Positions 44,306 through 56,138 of a stretch of 62,130 nucleotides of DNA are shown here, piece by piece. The stretch covers positions 1-62,130 of the forward strand of contig JAXGJB010000012.1 in NCBI GenBank assembly GCA_040770465.1, given 5' to 3'. The translations under genes and the position numbers were made by a program. Source of the stretch: Methanothrix sp. GTDB lineage: Archaea > Halobacteriota > Methanosarcinia > Methanotrichales > Methanotrichaceae. Numbering within the stretch: the stretch's first letter is position 1; every line of letters begins with the position of its first letter. The notes under the pieces are model-generated. The model had not been told where the DNA came from, made no database searches, and was given only the letters and a program-made list of their open reading frames with translations.

Positions 44306-44877
44306 CTGATCATCCCCGTTCCGAAATCGGAGCTGAGCTTCCGGGTCTCCACCTGCTCGCATTCGGGGCAGACGAGCCTTTTTCCATCGAGCTTCAGGGG
44401 GGTGGCGCACCTTCCACAGTAAGCCTTGACTACCCCGAGGTCGTCGTCGACGATTGAGAGGCCGATGGTGGGGGTATCGTCGATGATCTTGGCCTTGACG
44501 ATGTCCCGCAGGCCCAGGGACTGGCGTATGTCCTTGACGTAGGAGCTCCTGACCCTGGATATGTGGATCAGTGCCTCGGTGTTGAATATCGGTCTCGACT
44601 CGCACCCTCTCTTGAAGGCGAGCCGGAGGATCGCGAGGCTGTCTTTGAGGTCTGTGATCTGGCCTACGACCACGTCCCCGTTCACGAGCTTCACCGGGGC
44701 GTTGGTCCGAGGAAGGACCTTTGCAGACCTCTCCTCGGAGTCGACCTCCGGAATCCCCGTGGTGGTGGCGAGGAGGTGCTCTCCTTTGACGCGGGTGCCT
44801 TCGCCGGGGAGAAACTCCTCGGCGGCCCCGACGACTTCACCGGGGATGACGAATTTGGATTGCATCTTGTAGTTCAC
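44302..44877 (-). CDS. csl4: Exosome RNA-binding protein Csl4
   Basis: VIPGE...EEFLPGEG, an S1 domain, and a CGRC...CPEC..ETRKLS zinc ribbon. Confidence 0.92.
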   Translation of the reverse strand: MNYKMQSKFVIPGEVVGAAEEFLPGEGTRVKGEHLLATTTGIPEVDSEERSAKVLPRTNAPVKLVNGDVVVGQITDLKDSLAILRLAFKRGCESRPIFNTEALIHISRVRSSYVKDIRQSLGLRDIVKAKIIDDTPTIGLSIVDDDLGVVKAYCGRCATPLKLDGKRLVCPECEQVETRKLSSDFGTGMIR

Positions 44878-45467
44878 CTGCAGAATATCCGATATAGCTC
44901 GACTTCTATCATCTTGACTTCTCTCGTATGGAACTCAAAGGACCTTTTCAGGGGAAAGGCCACCTTCTGGACTTCTTCGACCTTACAGGGTTCTACGAAC
45001 CGTCTAATGAACCCTTCGCTGCCCGCGTTGTGGATCGAGTAGACGACCTTACCGATCTCCACCGCCTTCCGAAGGAAGGCCCGGTCCCCACGGCTCCCCT
45101 TCTGGGCTCCGAAGGGCGGGTTCATCACCACTGTATCGATCCCCCTGAGGGCGATCGACTCCACGTCACCCCGAACGAGCTGGACGTCTGCTTCGAGGCG
45201 GCGGGCGTTCTCTTTTGCGATATTGAGGGCTTTTTTGTCCAGCTCGACGCCAATGGAGCTTGCTCCAAGAAGGGCGGCCCCTATGGCCAATATCCCCGTC
45301 CCGCAGCCGAGGTCGCAGACGGTCCCCTCCAGGTCCCCCCGGAGGAGGGCCGGATAGAGGAGCTCTGAGGCGATCGGCGCGGGGGTCTTGTACTGTTCAA
45401 GCCGGGGGTCGGGGGCGGAGAACCCATCCAGCCGTTCCAGGATCATATCCAGCTTTCGTTTCTTCAT
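44874..45467 (-). CDS. METTL5-family N6-adenine RNA methyltransferase
   Basis: LEQYKTP, DLGCGTG, MNPPFG. Confidence 0.88.
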   Translation of the reverse strand: MKKRKLDMILERLDGFSAPDPRLEQYKTPAPIASELLYPALLRGDLEGTVCDLGCGTGILAIGAALLGASSIGVELDKKALNIAKENARRLEADVQLVRGDVESIALRGIDTVVMNPPFGAQKGSRGDRAFLRKAVEIGKVVYSIHNAGSEGFIRRFVEPCKVEEVQKVAFPLKRSFEFHTREVKMIEVELYRIFCR

Positions 45468-45565
45468 GGTTGTGGAGATGGATGATAGAGGGCGCGGCGA
45501 GAAATGCCGAGACCTCAAAAGGGTCGGTTTCAACGTCCAGGTCAACCCCGTCCTCGGAGCCGGAC

Positions 45566-48121
45566 CTATATGAAGTAGTGGGTCAGGTCGATGAGGACGA
45601 ATAGGAAGACCAGAGCCGCAAAGAGCCGCAAGCCCCTCCACGCCAGAAATTGGAGAAGAGCCTTGTAAGACCATCTCTGCAGCCGATGCGTCCTGAACTC
45701 GGCCCTCTGAACGCCGATCTCGCCGAGGTCCGTCAGGACGGCCGAGGCGAACCTGCGCAATGATCTCAGAGGATTGCTCCGATACGCACCAAACTCCGCC
45801 AGATCCTCGCAGGCCCAACCAGCCCTGAGATCGCCTTCAAGAGGAGATGGGGCACCAGCTGGAGAGTCGAGGGGCCGGACCGGCCTCATCTCAATCCCAA
45901 CTTCGGCCCCGCCTTCAAGCTCCCTTCCGGGCCCTTCTTCAGATCTCCTTTCGAGTCCCGCTCCGGGTCCTTCTCCAGATCCCGCTTCAGGTCCCGCTTC
46001 AGGTCCCGCTTCAGGTCCCGCTTCAGGTCCTTCTCCAGATACCCCTTTGGGTACCGCCTCGGGTCTTTTTTCAGGTCCCTTTTCAAATCTTCCGGGGCTC
46101 GTTGGCCTTGAGAGGCCAAATTCGGAAAGCTCCTCCAATCCGGCGGATCTGCCTCCTCTTCTGATTGACGCGCCACCCCTCGTTGAGAGGACGTCCTCGA
46201 CTGGATGGATTATCGGGGGTCTATCCTCGGCCCGGAGAAGTTCGTCCTCCACGGCCATCTCGGCGGCCTCCGGCTCGTTCGAGGCGACGGGGACGGTCCT
46301 CCTATCTGCCGATAGAGACGTCCGGGACTTCTTTCCGAGGGGGCTCTCCTCGATGAGGTTCATGGACTCGTTCCAGCTTCTGACCACCTCCAGATCCGCT
46401 GCCTCCGTCAGGGCAGCCCGGGTGAGAACCCTGCCCAGGAGGAGGAGGACCTTCTGGTAGGTCTCCAGAATGAGGCCGCTACCTCCCTTTCCGCCGCCCG
46501 AGATCTCCTCCAATTGTCCGGTGATCAGGCGAGCCTCCCTTATCTGGAAGGGGCTTATCATCCCCAGGTCGGGAGCCGCCAGCTCGAAGGCGCTTTCGGC
46601 CCTCTTGAGATAGGCCGCCGTCTCCGAGAGGTCTGGCAGCGGATCGCCCTTCAAGATCGCCGCCATGAACCTGCTCAGGGTCTTGAAGGCGGGGAGGAGC
46701 TGTCCACAGGCATCCTTGCATCCCCGGCCCGCGGACCCCAGCTGGAGGATCGCCTGGTTGAAGTGCTCGGCGGCGTCGGCCACAACGTCGATCAGCTTCC
46801 ATGGCTCATCCCTTACAAGGGTGAGCCTCCACGTCTCCTTCATCCCCATCATGCTCCGGCGCAGGGCCTCGACGGAGGGGCTCTCGGTCTCGTCCTCGGC
46901 CTTGGAGAGGGCGGCGTTGATGGCCGATATCCCCTCCTCCGCCAGCTTCACCGCATTCTCCGGATCGGTCTCCATCTCCAGGATCACGAAGGCGGAGGCG
47001 AACCTCGCCATCCCGGCATCCATCTCCAGGCCTGATTGACCAAGGCCGGGGGTTGCTGCCAGCTCTGCATAGCAGTCTGCAGCCCCCGCATAATTTGTAG
47101 AGGCCTCGATGAAGAGCTCCTCCGCGCCCCGTTCCTCCCCATCTCCCCCGATGTGGTGGAGAGCCTGCTGGTGAAGCTCTTTTGCCGCGATCGACCGGAC
47201 GGCAGAGAGCCAGGAGACGGCGTTGGCACGGACCGGCTGCATGCTCTTATTTATCAGATCGAGGCTCGTCTCCAGGTGATCTGCAGCCAGGTCGTAGTCG
47301 CCCTGGTCGAGGTGGAGCCTTCCAAGGTTTGAGAGGACGACCCCGGCGTTGTGATGCTGGCCGATCTCCTCGAATATCTCCATGCTCTTGTTGTAGTAGC
47401 CGATGGCGACGTCCACTGCTTTCATCTCGGCGTTGACCCGCCCCATCCGGTTGAGGATCCAGGCTACCTGCCTCTGATCCCCGAGCCCCTCGAAGTCTGC
47501 GAGGCTCTTCTCGTAGTTTTGGAGGGCCAGGTCGAACTCCCCCATCTCGGCGTAAATTCTGCCCAGGCTTCCGGTCATCTGGGCGACGCCGAACTCGTCC
47601 TCGAGGCTCTTGAAGATCTCAAGGCTTTTTTTGCAGCTCTCCAGGGCCTCGTCGTAGCTCTGGCCGCTCCGATATGCGGACCCCATGTTCCCGAGAACCT
47701 GGGCGAGGCTGCCGACGTCTCCGAGGTCGGTGAACCCCTCCGTCGCCAGCTCGTAGTAGTGGAGGGCCCGGCCCAGGTACCCCTGCCGGGCGTGGACCTG
47801 GCCTAGGTTGTTATAAAGGACGCTCTTGATGTGCTGATCCGCGGTCTGGGAGAGGGCCTTGTTGTAGCACCGGGCTGCGACCCCCAGATGGCCAGCCAGC
47901 CTGCAGATGTCGCCGAGCCTCTTTATGTCGTAGAGGTCGGAGAGGCAGTTCAAGAGCCTGACGCAGATCTTCTCGTCGATCTCGCCGTCTTCGAAGCTCT
48001 CAAGGAGGGCGGCCACCAGATTTGCACAATCTCCGCTGATCGATTTTGGATCGATTGCGCGGGAAAAACCTCCCCTCATGTAAGACTCGAATATCTCCTG
48101 GAGGACGACGAGCTGATCCAT
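45566..48121 (-). CDS. Large TPR-repeat protein with a low-complexity linker and C-terminal TM
   Basis: Multiple NNLG/GNMG/SNLG..Y TPR units; (GPEA)n linker; hydrophobic C-terminus. Confidence 0.8.
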   Translation of the reverse strand: MDQLVVLQEIFESYMRGGFSRAIDPKSISGDCANLVAALLESFEDGEIDEKICVRLLNCLSDLYDIKRLGDICRLAGHLGVAARCYNKALSQTADQHIKSVLYNNLGQVHARQGYLGRALHYYELATEGFTDLGDVGSLAQVLGNMGSAYRSGQSYDEALESCKKSLEIFKSLEDEFGVAQMTGSLGRIYAEMGEFDLALQNYEKSLADFEGLGDQRQVAWILNRMGRVNAEMKAVDVAIGYYNKSMEIFEEIGQHHNAGVVLSNLGRLHLDQGDYDLAADHLETSLDLINKSMQPVRANAVSWLSAVRSIAAKELHQQALHHIGGDGEERGAEELFIEASTNYAGAADCYAELAATPGLGQSGLEMDAGMARFASAFVILEMETDPENAVKLAEEGISAINAALSKAEDETESPSVEALRRSMMGMKETWRLTLVRDEPWKLIDVVADAAEHFNQAILQLGSAGRGCKDACGQLLPAFKTLSRFMAAILKGDPLPDLSETAAYLKRAESAFELAAPDLGMISPFQIREARLITGQLEEISGGGKGGSGLILETYQKVLLLLGRVLTRAALTEAADLEVVRSWNESMNLIEESPLGKKSRTSLSADRRTVPVASNEPEAAEMAVEDELLRAEDRPPIIHPVEDVLSTRGGASIRRGGRSAGLEELSEFGLSRPTSPGRFEKGPEKRPEAVPKGVSGEGPEAGPEAGPEAGPEAGSGEGPGAGLERRSEEGPGRELEGGAEVGIEMRPVRPLDSPAGAPSPLEGDLRAGWACEDLAEFGAYRSNPLRSLRRFASAVLTDLGEIGVQRAEFRTHRLQRWSYKALLQFLAWRGLRLFAALVFLFVLIDLTHYFI
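45980..46030. repeat. In-frame 12-bp tandem repeat (tcccgcttcagg x4)
   Basis: Directly visible; encodes GPEA repeats on the minus strand. Confidence 0.9.
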
Positions 48122-48360
48122 CGGGTATGAATCGACTTTTATCTTTAAGTAGTTTCTGTGGGAATAATATATCGAGGATATACTGATTTCAAGGATATTC
48201 TGATCGGGTCCAGTTGAGGCGGGTTAAACCATTGAGGACCAGATCGGATTTGAGGTTACAGTGTGGAGGGATTATCGTAGTTTCTCGGAGATCCTCGCCA
48301 AAGGCGGAGAAGCGATATTTATTTAATGTCTGAAATCGTTAGGTATGTGAGGATGGGATC

Positions 48361-48660
48361 ATGCCTCAAGAAAAAGTGGCTTACAGAGGCGGGGATGCGG
48401 ACGGATACGTCATCCCCCTGGGACCCGCAAACCTGGTTTTTGCGGTGGGAGGACGAGGGATGGTCGGATGCGGCGCCTTCGACGTTTTTGCGTTGGATAA
48501 GTTCGATTACCCCGCAGCGAGGGTCAAGCCCACTCTGGGACCCATGATCACCAGCATCGAGGACCTTCTGGCGGGCGAGGTGAAGGACGCCAACAGAGCG
48601 GCCGAAAGGCTCGGGGTAAAGGCCGGGATGAGCGGAAAAGAGGCCCTCGACCTCCTATGA
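48361..48660 (+). CDS. YunC/DUF1805 family protein
   Basis: GMVGCGAFDV, AARV, IEDLL, GVKAGMSGKEAL. Confidence 0.85.
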   Translation: MPQEKVAYRGGDADGYVIPLGPANLVFAVGGRGMVGCGAFDVFALDKFDYPAARVKPTLGPMITSIEDLLAGEVKDANRAAERLGVKAGMSGKEALDLL

Positions 48661-48684
48661 AATCCACGACAAAAAAATTACAAG

Positions 48685-49905
48685 GTGTGCACCATGATCC
48701 CTCTTGAAGATATCAGGATGGCAGCCGGGCTGTTGGACGGCAGAGTCATCCGCACTCCTCTGGTCCGCTCGCCCACCTTTTCGCGGATGGCAGGCGCCGA
48801 GGTCTACCTGAAGCTCGAGTGCCTCCAGATGGGAGGCTCCTTCAAGGTGAGGGGAGCAACCTACAAGCTCCTCAAAAGACGCGGAGAGATCGGTCCCGGG
48901 GGGGTAGTTGCCGCTTCAGCGGGAAACCACGCCCAGGGCGTGGCCCTGGCCGCGGGAGCAGCGGGGCTATCCGCCACCATCGTGATGCCTGTCTGGGCAT
49001 CATTGGGAAAGCAGGAGGCTACCCGGGGCTACGGAGCCGAGGTGATCCTGGCTGGGGAGAGCCTCGCCGAGAGCATATCGATCGCCAAGAGGATGGCAGA
49101 GGAGGATGGGAGGGCCTTCATCCACCCTTACGACGATCCGGATATCGTGACCGGCCAGGCGACGATCGGCCTTGAGATCCTGGAAGACCTCCCCGACCCG
49201 GACCTGGTCGTCGTCCCCGTCGGAGGAGGCGGGCTCATCAGCGGCATAGCGTCGGCGGTGAAGGCCCTCCGGCCCGAGACGAGGGTCGCCGGGGTCCAGG
49301 CCGCGGCGTGCCCCTCGGCCCTCGAATCCCTCAGGGCAGGCGAAAGGGTCGACGTCGAGGCAAAGAGGTCGATAGCCGACGGGATCTCGGTCAAGCAGGT
49401 CGGGGAGATCAACTTCCCCATAATCAGGGAGACGGTCGACGAGGTCGTCCTGGTGGAGGAGGAGGAGATCGCCTCGGCGGTCCTTGCCCTTCTGGAGAGG
49501 AAGAAAGTCCTGGCGGAGGGGGCGGGGGCCGCGCCTCTCGCAGCCCTCCTCGGCTCGAAGGTCGAGGTGGCAGAGGGAGAGAAGATCATTCTCGTGATCA
49601 GCGGCGGAAACCTGGACCCGCCCCTTCTGGAGAGGGTGATAAGGCAGGGGCTCTTGAAGAACGGGAGGATCATGCGGTTTTCCGCCTGCATCGAGGACGC
49701 GCCCGGGTCCCTCGCCCACCTCCTCGATCTGATCGCCGACGAAGGGGGAAACGTCCTTCACATCCATCATGCCAGGGGCGGAAGAGACCTCTCCATCTTC
49801 AAGACCAGAGTGGACCTGGAGGTGGAGACCCGGAGCTTCGGTCAGATCGAGGAGATAAAGGGGGCGCTGAAGGCCGCCGGATACGAGATAAGAGTCAGGG
49901 GCTGA
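48685..49905 (+). CDS. ilvA: Threonine ammonia-lyase with C-terminal ACT domain
   Basis: GSFKVRGA (PLP Lys), SAGNHAQG, PVGGGGLISG, ISGGN. Confidence 0.92.
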   Translation: MCTMIPLEDIRMAAGLLDGRVIRTPLVRSPTFSRMAGAEVYLKLECLQMGGSFKVRGATYKLLKRRGEIGPGGVVAASAGNHAQGVALAAGAAGLSATIVMPVWASLGKQEATRGYGAEVILAGESLAESISIAKRMAEEDGRAFIHPYDDPDIVTGQATIGLEILEDLPDPDLVVVPVGGGGLISGIASAVKALRPETRVAGVQAAACPSALESLRAGERVDVEAKRSIADGISVKQVGEINFPIIRETVDEVVLVEEEEIASAVLALLERKKVLAEGAGAAPLAALLGSKVEVAEGEKIILVISGGNLDPPLLERVIRQGLLKNGRIMRFSACIEDAPGSLAHLLDLIADEGGNVLHIHHARGGRDLSIFKTRVDLEVETRSFGQIEEIKGALKAAGYEIRVRG

Positions 49906-50032
49906 AACTCCCCAAATTCAAATATTTTCTAAGGCTTTTATCGTCCATCTCCGCTACGTCTTCGAATTTTTCATCGCATTCGTTCCTCATCGAATATTCG
50001 AACATTTCTGCAAGTCAAGTTTGCGGCGGCGC

Positions 50033-50054
50033 ACCCCGCAGCAAGCTGCGGGGT
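50033..50054. repeat. Perfect 10-bp inverted repeat (REP or IS200/IS605-end-like hairpin)
   Basis: accccgcagc-aa-gctgcggggt inside an AT-richer intergenic patch. Confidence 0.7.
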
Positions 50055-50257
50055 ATTCGATAAACATTAACACCACGCATTTCATTTTTTAGTTCATCTA
50101 TTCGATAAACACGCAACATAATACGATCTTGACGCTTTGTACTATTTAACACCACGATTGCACCACCACGAACGAACACCCAAGGATGCAACAGAACCGA
50201 GCCAGCAAATGCTTTTATAGAAGATCAAATAGTCTGATCCCGATAAGGAGGCAATAC

Positions 50258-51955
50258 ATGGTAGGATTAGGTGGACAGCCGATACTGATTCTCAAAGAAG
50301 GTTCTCGCAGAGAGCGGGGAAAAGAGGCCATGTCTAACAACATCATGGCGGCACGAGCCGTCGCCAAGGCGGTCCGGAGCACCCTGGGTCCCAGGGGGAT
50401 GGACAAGCTCCTCGTAGACACCATCGGCGACGTTACCATAACCAACGACGGCGTGACGATCCTCCGGGAGATGGAGGTAGAGCACCCCGCCGCCAAGATG
50501 CTGGTGGAGGCCGCAAAAGCCCAGAACGACGTGGTGGGCGACGGAACCACCACCGTCGCAGTCCTCGTCGGAGAGCTTCTCAAGAGGGCTGAAGATCTGA
50601 TGGATCAGGGCGTCCACCCGACGATGATCGTCCAGGGTTACAGGGAAGCGGCCGACAAATCGATCGAGGTTCTTGAGGGGATGGCGACGAAGATCTCCAC
50701 GAAGGATAGAGAGCTTCTGGAGAAGATAGCCCTCACCGCCATGACCGGAAAGCTCGCCGGATCTCCCGACGTCAAGATCTCAAAGCACGCCGTGGACATG
50801 GTGCTGGCGGTTACCGAAGAGACCGACGACGGGAAGAAGGTCGTCTCCATCAAGAACGTCATCGTGGAGAAGAAGGCCGGAGAGAGCATGGAGGACACCG
50901 AGCTCTTCCAGGGGATCATCATCGACAAGGAACGGGTTCACCCCAACATGCCCAAGAAGGTCGAGAAGGCCAGGATCGCCATCCTCGGAACCCCCATCGA
51001 AGCCCGGGACACCGAGACGAAGGCGGAGATCTCCATAACCTCCTCCGACCAGTTCAAGATGTTCGCAAACCAGGAGAAAGAGGCGATCAGAAAGGTGGTG
51101 GAGAAGGTGACGGCCACCGGCGCCAACGTCGTCTTCTGCCAGAAGGGGATCGAAGACCTCGCTCAGAGCTACCTCGCCAAGGCGGGGATCATGGCCTTCC
51201 GAAGGATTAGAAAGACCGACCTCAAGAAGCTGGCCCGGGCCTCCGGCGGAAACATCGTCACCAACCTCGACGAGATGACTCCAGCAGACCTGGGGAGCGC
51301 AGACCTGGTGGAAGAGAAGAAGGTGGGCGGAGCCCACATGGCCTTTGTGACCGGGCTTGCCAGGGCGGGGACGGTCTCTCTCCTCCTTCGCGGAGGAACC
51401 CAGCAGGTCGTCGACAGCCTGGAGAGGGCCCTGGACGACGCCCTTCACGCAGTCGCAGCAGCCGTCGAGGACGAGACCCTCGTCGCGGGCGGCGGAGCCC
51501 CCGAGGTGGAGCTCTACCTCAAGCTGAGAGAGTACGCCGCAAACTTCAAGGGGAGAGAGCAGCTCGCCGTCGAGAAGTTCGCCGAGGCTATGGCCGAGAT
51601 CCCCAAAGCTCTCGCCGAGAACGCCGGATTTGACGCCATAACCAAGCTGACGGACATGAAGAGCAGCCACGAGGCGGGGATGAAGACCGGCGGCCTCAAC
51701 ACCCTCGACGGCAAAGTCGTGGACATGTGGGCGATGGGGGTCGTCGAGCCCCTCCGGGTGAAGACCCAGGCGATCAAGTCCGCCACCGACGCCACATGCC
51801 TGATCCTCAGGATCGACGACGTCATCGCCGCCAAGAAGACCGAGCAGCCCCCCGCGGGCGCCGGGATGGGCGGCATGCCCGGCGGTGGAATGTGCGGAAT
51901 GCCCGCAGGGATGGGCGGAATGGGCGGCATGGGGATGCCCCCTGGGATGATGTGA
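50258..51955 (+). CDS. ths: Thermosome (group II chaperonin) subunit
   Basis: [40 protein letters not shown] and a GGM-rich tail. Confidence 0.96.
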   Translation: MVGLGGQPILILKEGSRRERGKEAMSNNIMAARAVAKAVRSTLGPRGMDKLLVDTIGDVTITNDGVTILREMEVEHPAAKMLVEAAKAQNDVVGDGTTTVAVLVGELLKRAEDLMDQGVHPTMIVQGYREAADKSIEVLEGMATKISTKDRELLEKIALTAMTGKLAGSPDVKISKHAVDMVLAVTEETDDGKKVVSIKNVIVEKKAGESMEDTELFQGIIIDKERVHPNMPKKVEKARIAILGTPIEARDTETKAEISITSSDQFKMFANQEKEAIRKVVEKVTATGANVVFCQKGIEDLAQSYLAKAGIMAFRRIRKTDLKKLARASGGNIVTNLDEMTPADLGSADLVEEKKVGGAHMAFVTGLARAGTVSLLLRGGTQQVVDSLERALDDALHAVAAAVEDETLVAGGGAPEVELYLKLREYAANFKGREQLAVEKFAEAMAEIPKALAENAGFDAITKLTDMKSSHEAGMKTGGLNTLDGKVVDMWAMGVVEPLRVKTQAIKSATDATCLILRIDDVIAAKKTEQPPAGAGMGGMPGGGMCGMPAGMGGMGGMGMPPGMM

Positions 51956-52247
51956 AGCAGAAGACTGAAGATCGATCATATCGGACCGGCTCCTTCCTAA
52001 GAAGGGGCTGGTCCTTCATGAATCCTGGAAGACGGGACGGCTTCGGCCGCGCCCAGAGGGCGGGAAGATTCGATATCGTATTCTGATCCGACAGACCGGA
52101 TCGAGAGAGCCTGACCTGATCCGCCTCCGCCAAAAAGCGGGCTCGAAATCGATCACCGGGATCTGATCAGAACTTGGGCGCCCTTCCTGCCCCGTCTCTT
52201 ACAATCTCTTTTTTAAGATAGATCAAGGGCTCTTCTCGCGAGATCAT

Positions 52248-53555
<1,308 letters not shown>

Positions 53556-53569
53556 TCCCGTGCCCCCGA

Positions 53570-54748
53570 TCATTCCAGAAACTTTTCGGTCCATGGAAGG
53601 CCGTACCTCGGCAGAAGCTCCATGAAGGGGTCGGGGTCGAACTCCTCGACGTTGAAGACCCCTGCTCCCCTCCAGACGCCGGTTGCGATCAGCATCGCCC
53701 CGATCATGGCGGGGACCCCGGTGGTGTAGTGGACCGCCTGGGCTCCCACCTCCTGGTAAGCTTTTGCATGGTCGCAGATGTTGTAGACGTAGTACCTCTT
53801 CGCCACTCCGCCCTTCGTCCCATCGATGAGGCAGCCGATGCAGGTTTTTCCCTCGTAGTTCTCGCCGAGGTTCGCGGGCTCGGGGAGGAGCGCCTTGAGG
53901 AACTTGAGGGGAACGATCTCTCTACCCTCGTAGACGACGGGATCGATCCTGGTCAATCCGACGTTCTGGAGGACCCGGAGGTGGGTGAGGTACTCCTCCG
54001 AGAAGGTCATCCAGAACCTCAACCTCCTGACGCCGGGGATGTTCTTTGCCAGGGACTCCAGCTCCTCGTGGTACATGAGCCGCATCTCCCGGAGGCCTAT
54101 CCCCGGAAAGTCGAAGGTCTTGCTGACCGAGAGGGGATCGACCTCGACCCATCGGCCGTCCTCGTAGTACCTCCCGGGAGCCGTCACCTCCCGGATGTTA
54201 ATCTCGGGGTTGAAGTTGGTGGCGAAGGGGCGACCGTGGTCCCCGTCGTTGCAGTCCATGATCTCGATCTCATCGATCTCGTCGAAGACGTGCTTTCCGG
54301 CGTGGGCACAGAATATGTTCGTCACCCCAGGATCGAAGCCGCACCCCAGGAGGGCCATGATCCCCCGATCCTGAAACTTTTTGTGGTACTCCCACTGCCA
54401 CCGATAGCAGAACCTCGCCTCGTCTCGGGGCTCGTAGTTGGCGGTGTCCAGATAGTCGACCCCGGTCGAAAGGCACGCCTCCATGATCGAGAGGTCCTGA
54501 TACGGCAGTGCAGCGTTGACGATCAGCTCGGGCGAGAATTCCTCGATCAGGTCGATGAGCTCTGAGACTTTGTCTGCGTCAACCTTCGCTATCTCTATGG
54601 GCCGATCTATCCGGCTCCGGATCTTCTCACACTTCTCGATGGTCCGGCTGGCCAGGACGATCTCTGAAAATACCTCGGGAACCTGGGCGCATTTGGTGGC
54701 CACAACGCCTCCAACCCCCCCTGCGCCGATGATCAGAACACTCTTCAT
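53570..54748 (-). CDS. Carboxy(nor)spermidine synthase (saccharopine dehydrogenase family)
   Basis: IIGAGGVG, ALPYQDL, YLDTANYEP, GFDPG, FATNFNPEINIRE, YHEELESL; adjacent to nspC. Confidence 0.92.
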   Translation of the reverse strand: MKSVLIIGAGGVGGVVATKCAQVPEVFSEIVLASRTIEKCEKIRSRIDRPIEIAKVDADKVSELIDLIEEFSPELIVNAALPYQDLSIMEACLSTGVDYLDTANYEPRDEARFCYRWQWEYHKKFQDRGIMALLGCGFDPGVTNIFCAHAGKHVFDEIDEIEIMDCNDGDHGRPFATNFNPEINIREVTAPGRYYEDGRWVEVDPLSVSKTFDFPGIGLREMRLMYHEELESLAKNIPGVRRLRFWMTFSEEYLTHLRVLQNVGLTRIDPVVYEGREIVPLKFLKALLPEPANLGENYEGKTCIGCLIDGTKGGVAKRYYVYNICDHAKAYQEVGAQAVHYTTGVPAMIGAMLIATGVWRGAGVFNVEEFDPDPFMELLPRYGLPWTEKFLE

Positions 54749-54867
54749 CTTCTCCTCCTTGCCGGTTTCAGCCGCCCAAATTCGCACCTTCTGCCATTTC
54801 ATCCAGGGCTGATCACCCTTTTGGAGGATCGGCTAAAAACTTATCCCGGAATCTCGGCCCAGAATGG

Positions 54868-54931
54868 TGAAGGCCGACAGGTGTGAAGGCCGACAGGTAT
54901 GAAGGCCGACAGGTATGAAGGCCGACAGGTA
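54868..54931. repeat. Intergenic 16-bp tandem repeat x4 (tgaaggccgacaggtR)
   Basis: Four contiguous copies with no spacers. Confidence 0.93.
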
Positions 54932-55127
54932 TGAGGTTGAGAGAGGTGGTGCTCAGGATGGGACGATTAAGGAGGGAGGAGCAAAAGTCGTCGTAGGAGG
55001 GTAGAGGGAGAGAATAGCACACGACTTTTGCTATGCACCTATACGTCATTTGTCGAATATATACCTTTCGGTCTGATTATAAGATGGAAGACAGATATAA
55101 GCCCATATAGGCCAATATCAGCCCATA

Positions 55128-56126
55128 TCAGGGCTTTCGAACCAGGAAATCGATGACGATGTTGTACTGGTGCGGCGCATAGCTCCTCACGACTCCGCGG
55201 TGAAGTACCCTCACGTTCACCCCGGACCTCGCAGCCGCCTCTTCGACGAAGGCCGTATCCCGGCCGTAGAGGTCGTCCTCGGGGGCGATGGCGTAGTAGT
55301 GGACGACCCCGCCGTCTTTTGCGATCCGCATGGCTTCCCCGAGAAAATCGCGGGCTGTATGGGGGAGGTTCATGATGACGTGGTCGGCGAAGCTTTCATA
55401 CAGCTCCGCCATCTGTCCAGCGTCCCCTTCCAGAATCTCTATATCTTCGATCCGGTTCAGCCCGGCATTCTCCCTCATCAGCGTCACAGCGTTGGGGTTC
55501 TTGTCCACGGCGACGACCTTCGCCCCCCGTTTCGCGATCGAAAGGGCGAAGGGGCCGACGCCGGCGAACATGTCGAATACGACGTCGCCGGGACGGACGA
55601 GCTCTGCAACGCGTAGCCTCTCGGTCCCCAGACGGGGGGTGAAGTAGGCTTTCTCAAGATCGATCCGAAACCTCAGGCCGTGCTCCTTGTGGATGGTGTC
55701 GGTCTTTCTCTCACCCGCAACGTGCTGGAACTTCCGGGTCCGATACTCTCCCTCCACCGCCGTCAGGGGCGATATCACCGTCTTGACGTTCTTCTGGACC
55801 GCCATGATGGCAACTGCAGCCTCCATGTCGGGGGAGTCGATGATCGCAACATTCCCCACCACCTCGAAGTGAGCCTTTCTCCCCAGGACCTCCTCGACCG
55901 TCGGCTTATGCTCGGCATCCTCAAACTCCGTCTCCACCACGACAAAGCTGCCCAGGTCCGCCAGGGCCTCCGCCGTCTCCGGACCCAATTCCAGGACGGG
56001 CAGATAAAGGTCGTCGCCGTCCGACCGGATCTTTCGGTCTTTGTCGAAGACCCCCATCTCGACGAGCCTCCGCCTGAAGCTCTCCCCCTGGCTTTTTTTG
56101 ACCTTCAGCCCCGGAGATGACGCCAT
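55128..56126 (-). CDS. trm5: tRNA (guanine-N1)-methyltransferase Trm5 family
   Basis: GEYRTR, YFTPRLGTER, DMFAGVGPF, IMNLP, RSYAP. Confidence 0.88.
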   Translation of the reverse strand: MASSPGLKVKKSQGESFRRRLVEMGVFDKDRKIRSDGDDLYLPVLELGPETAEALADLGSFVVVETEFEDAEHKPTVEEVLGRKAHFEVVGNVAIIDSPDMEAAVAIMAVQKNVKTVISPLTAVEGEYRTRKFQHVAGERKTDTIHKEHGLRFRIDLEKAYFTPRLGTERLRVAELVRPGDVVFDMFAGVGPFALSIAKRGAKVVAVDKNPNAVTLMRENAGLNRIEDIEILEGDAGQMAELYESFADHVIMNLPHTARDFLGEAMRIAKDGGVVHYYAIAPEDDLYGRDTAFVEEAAARSGVNVRVLHRGVVRSYAPHQYNIVIDFLVRKP

Positions 56127-56138
56127 CTTTCGACCTCC

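Noticed and set aside
51860-51950. GGM-rich repeats in the thermosome tail
   Set aside because: An ordinary chaperonin C-terminal feature.
54868-54931. Possible CRISPR array
   Set aside because: The units are 16 bp and contiguous with no spacers, and there are no cas genes in the window.
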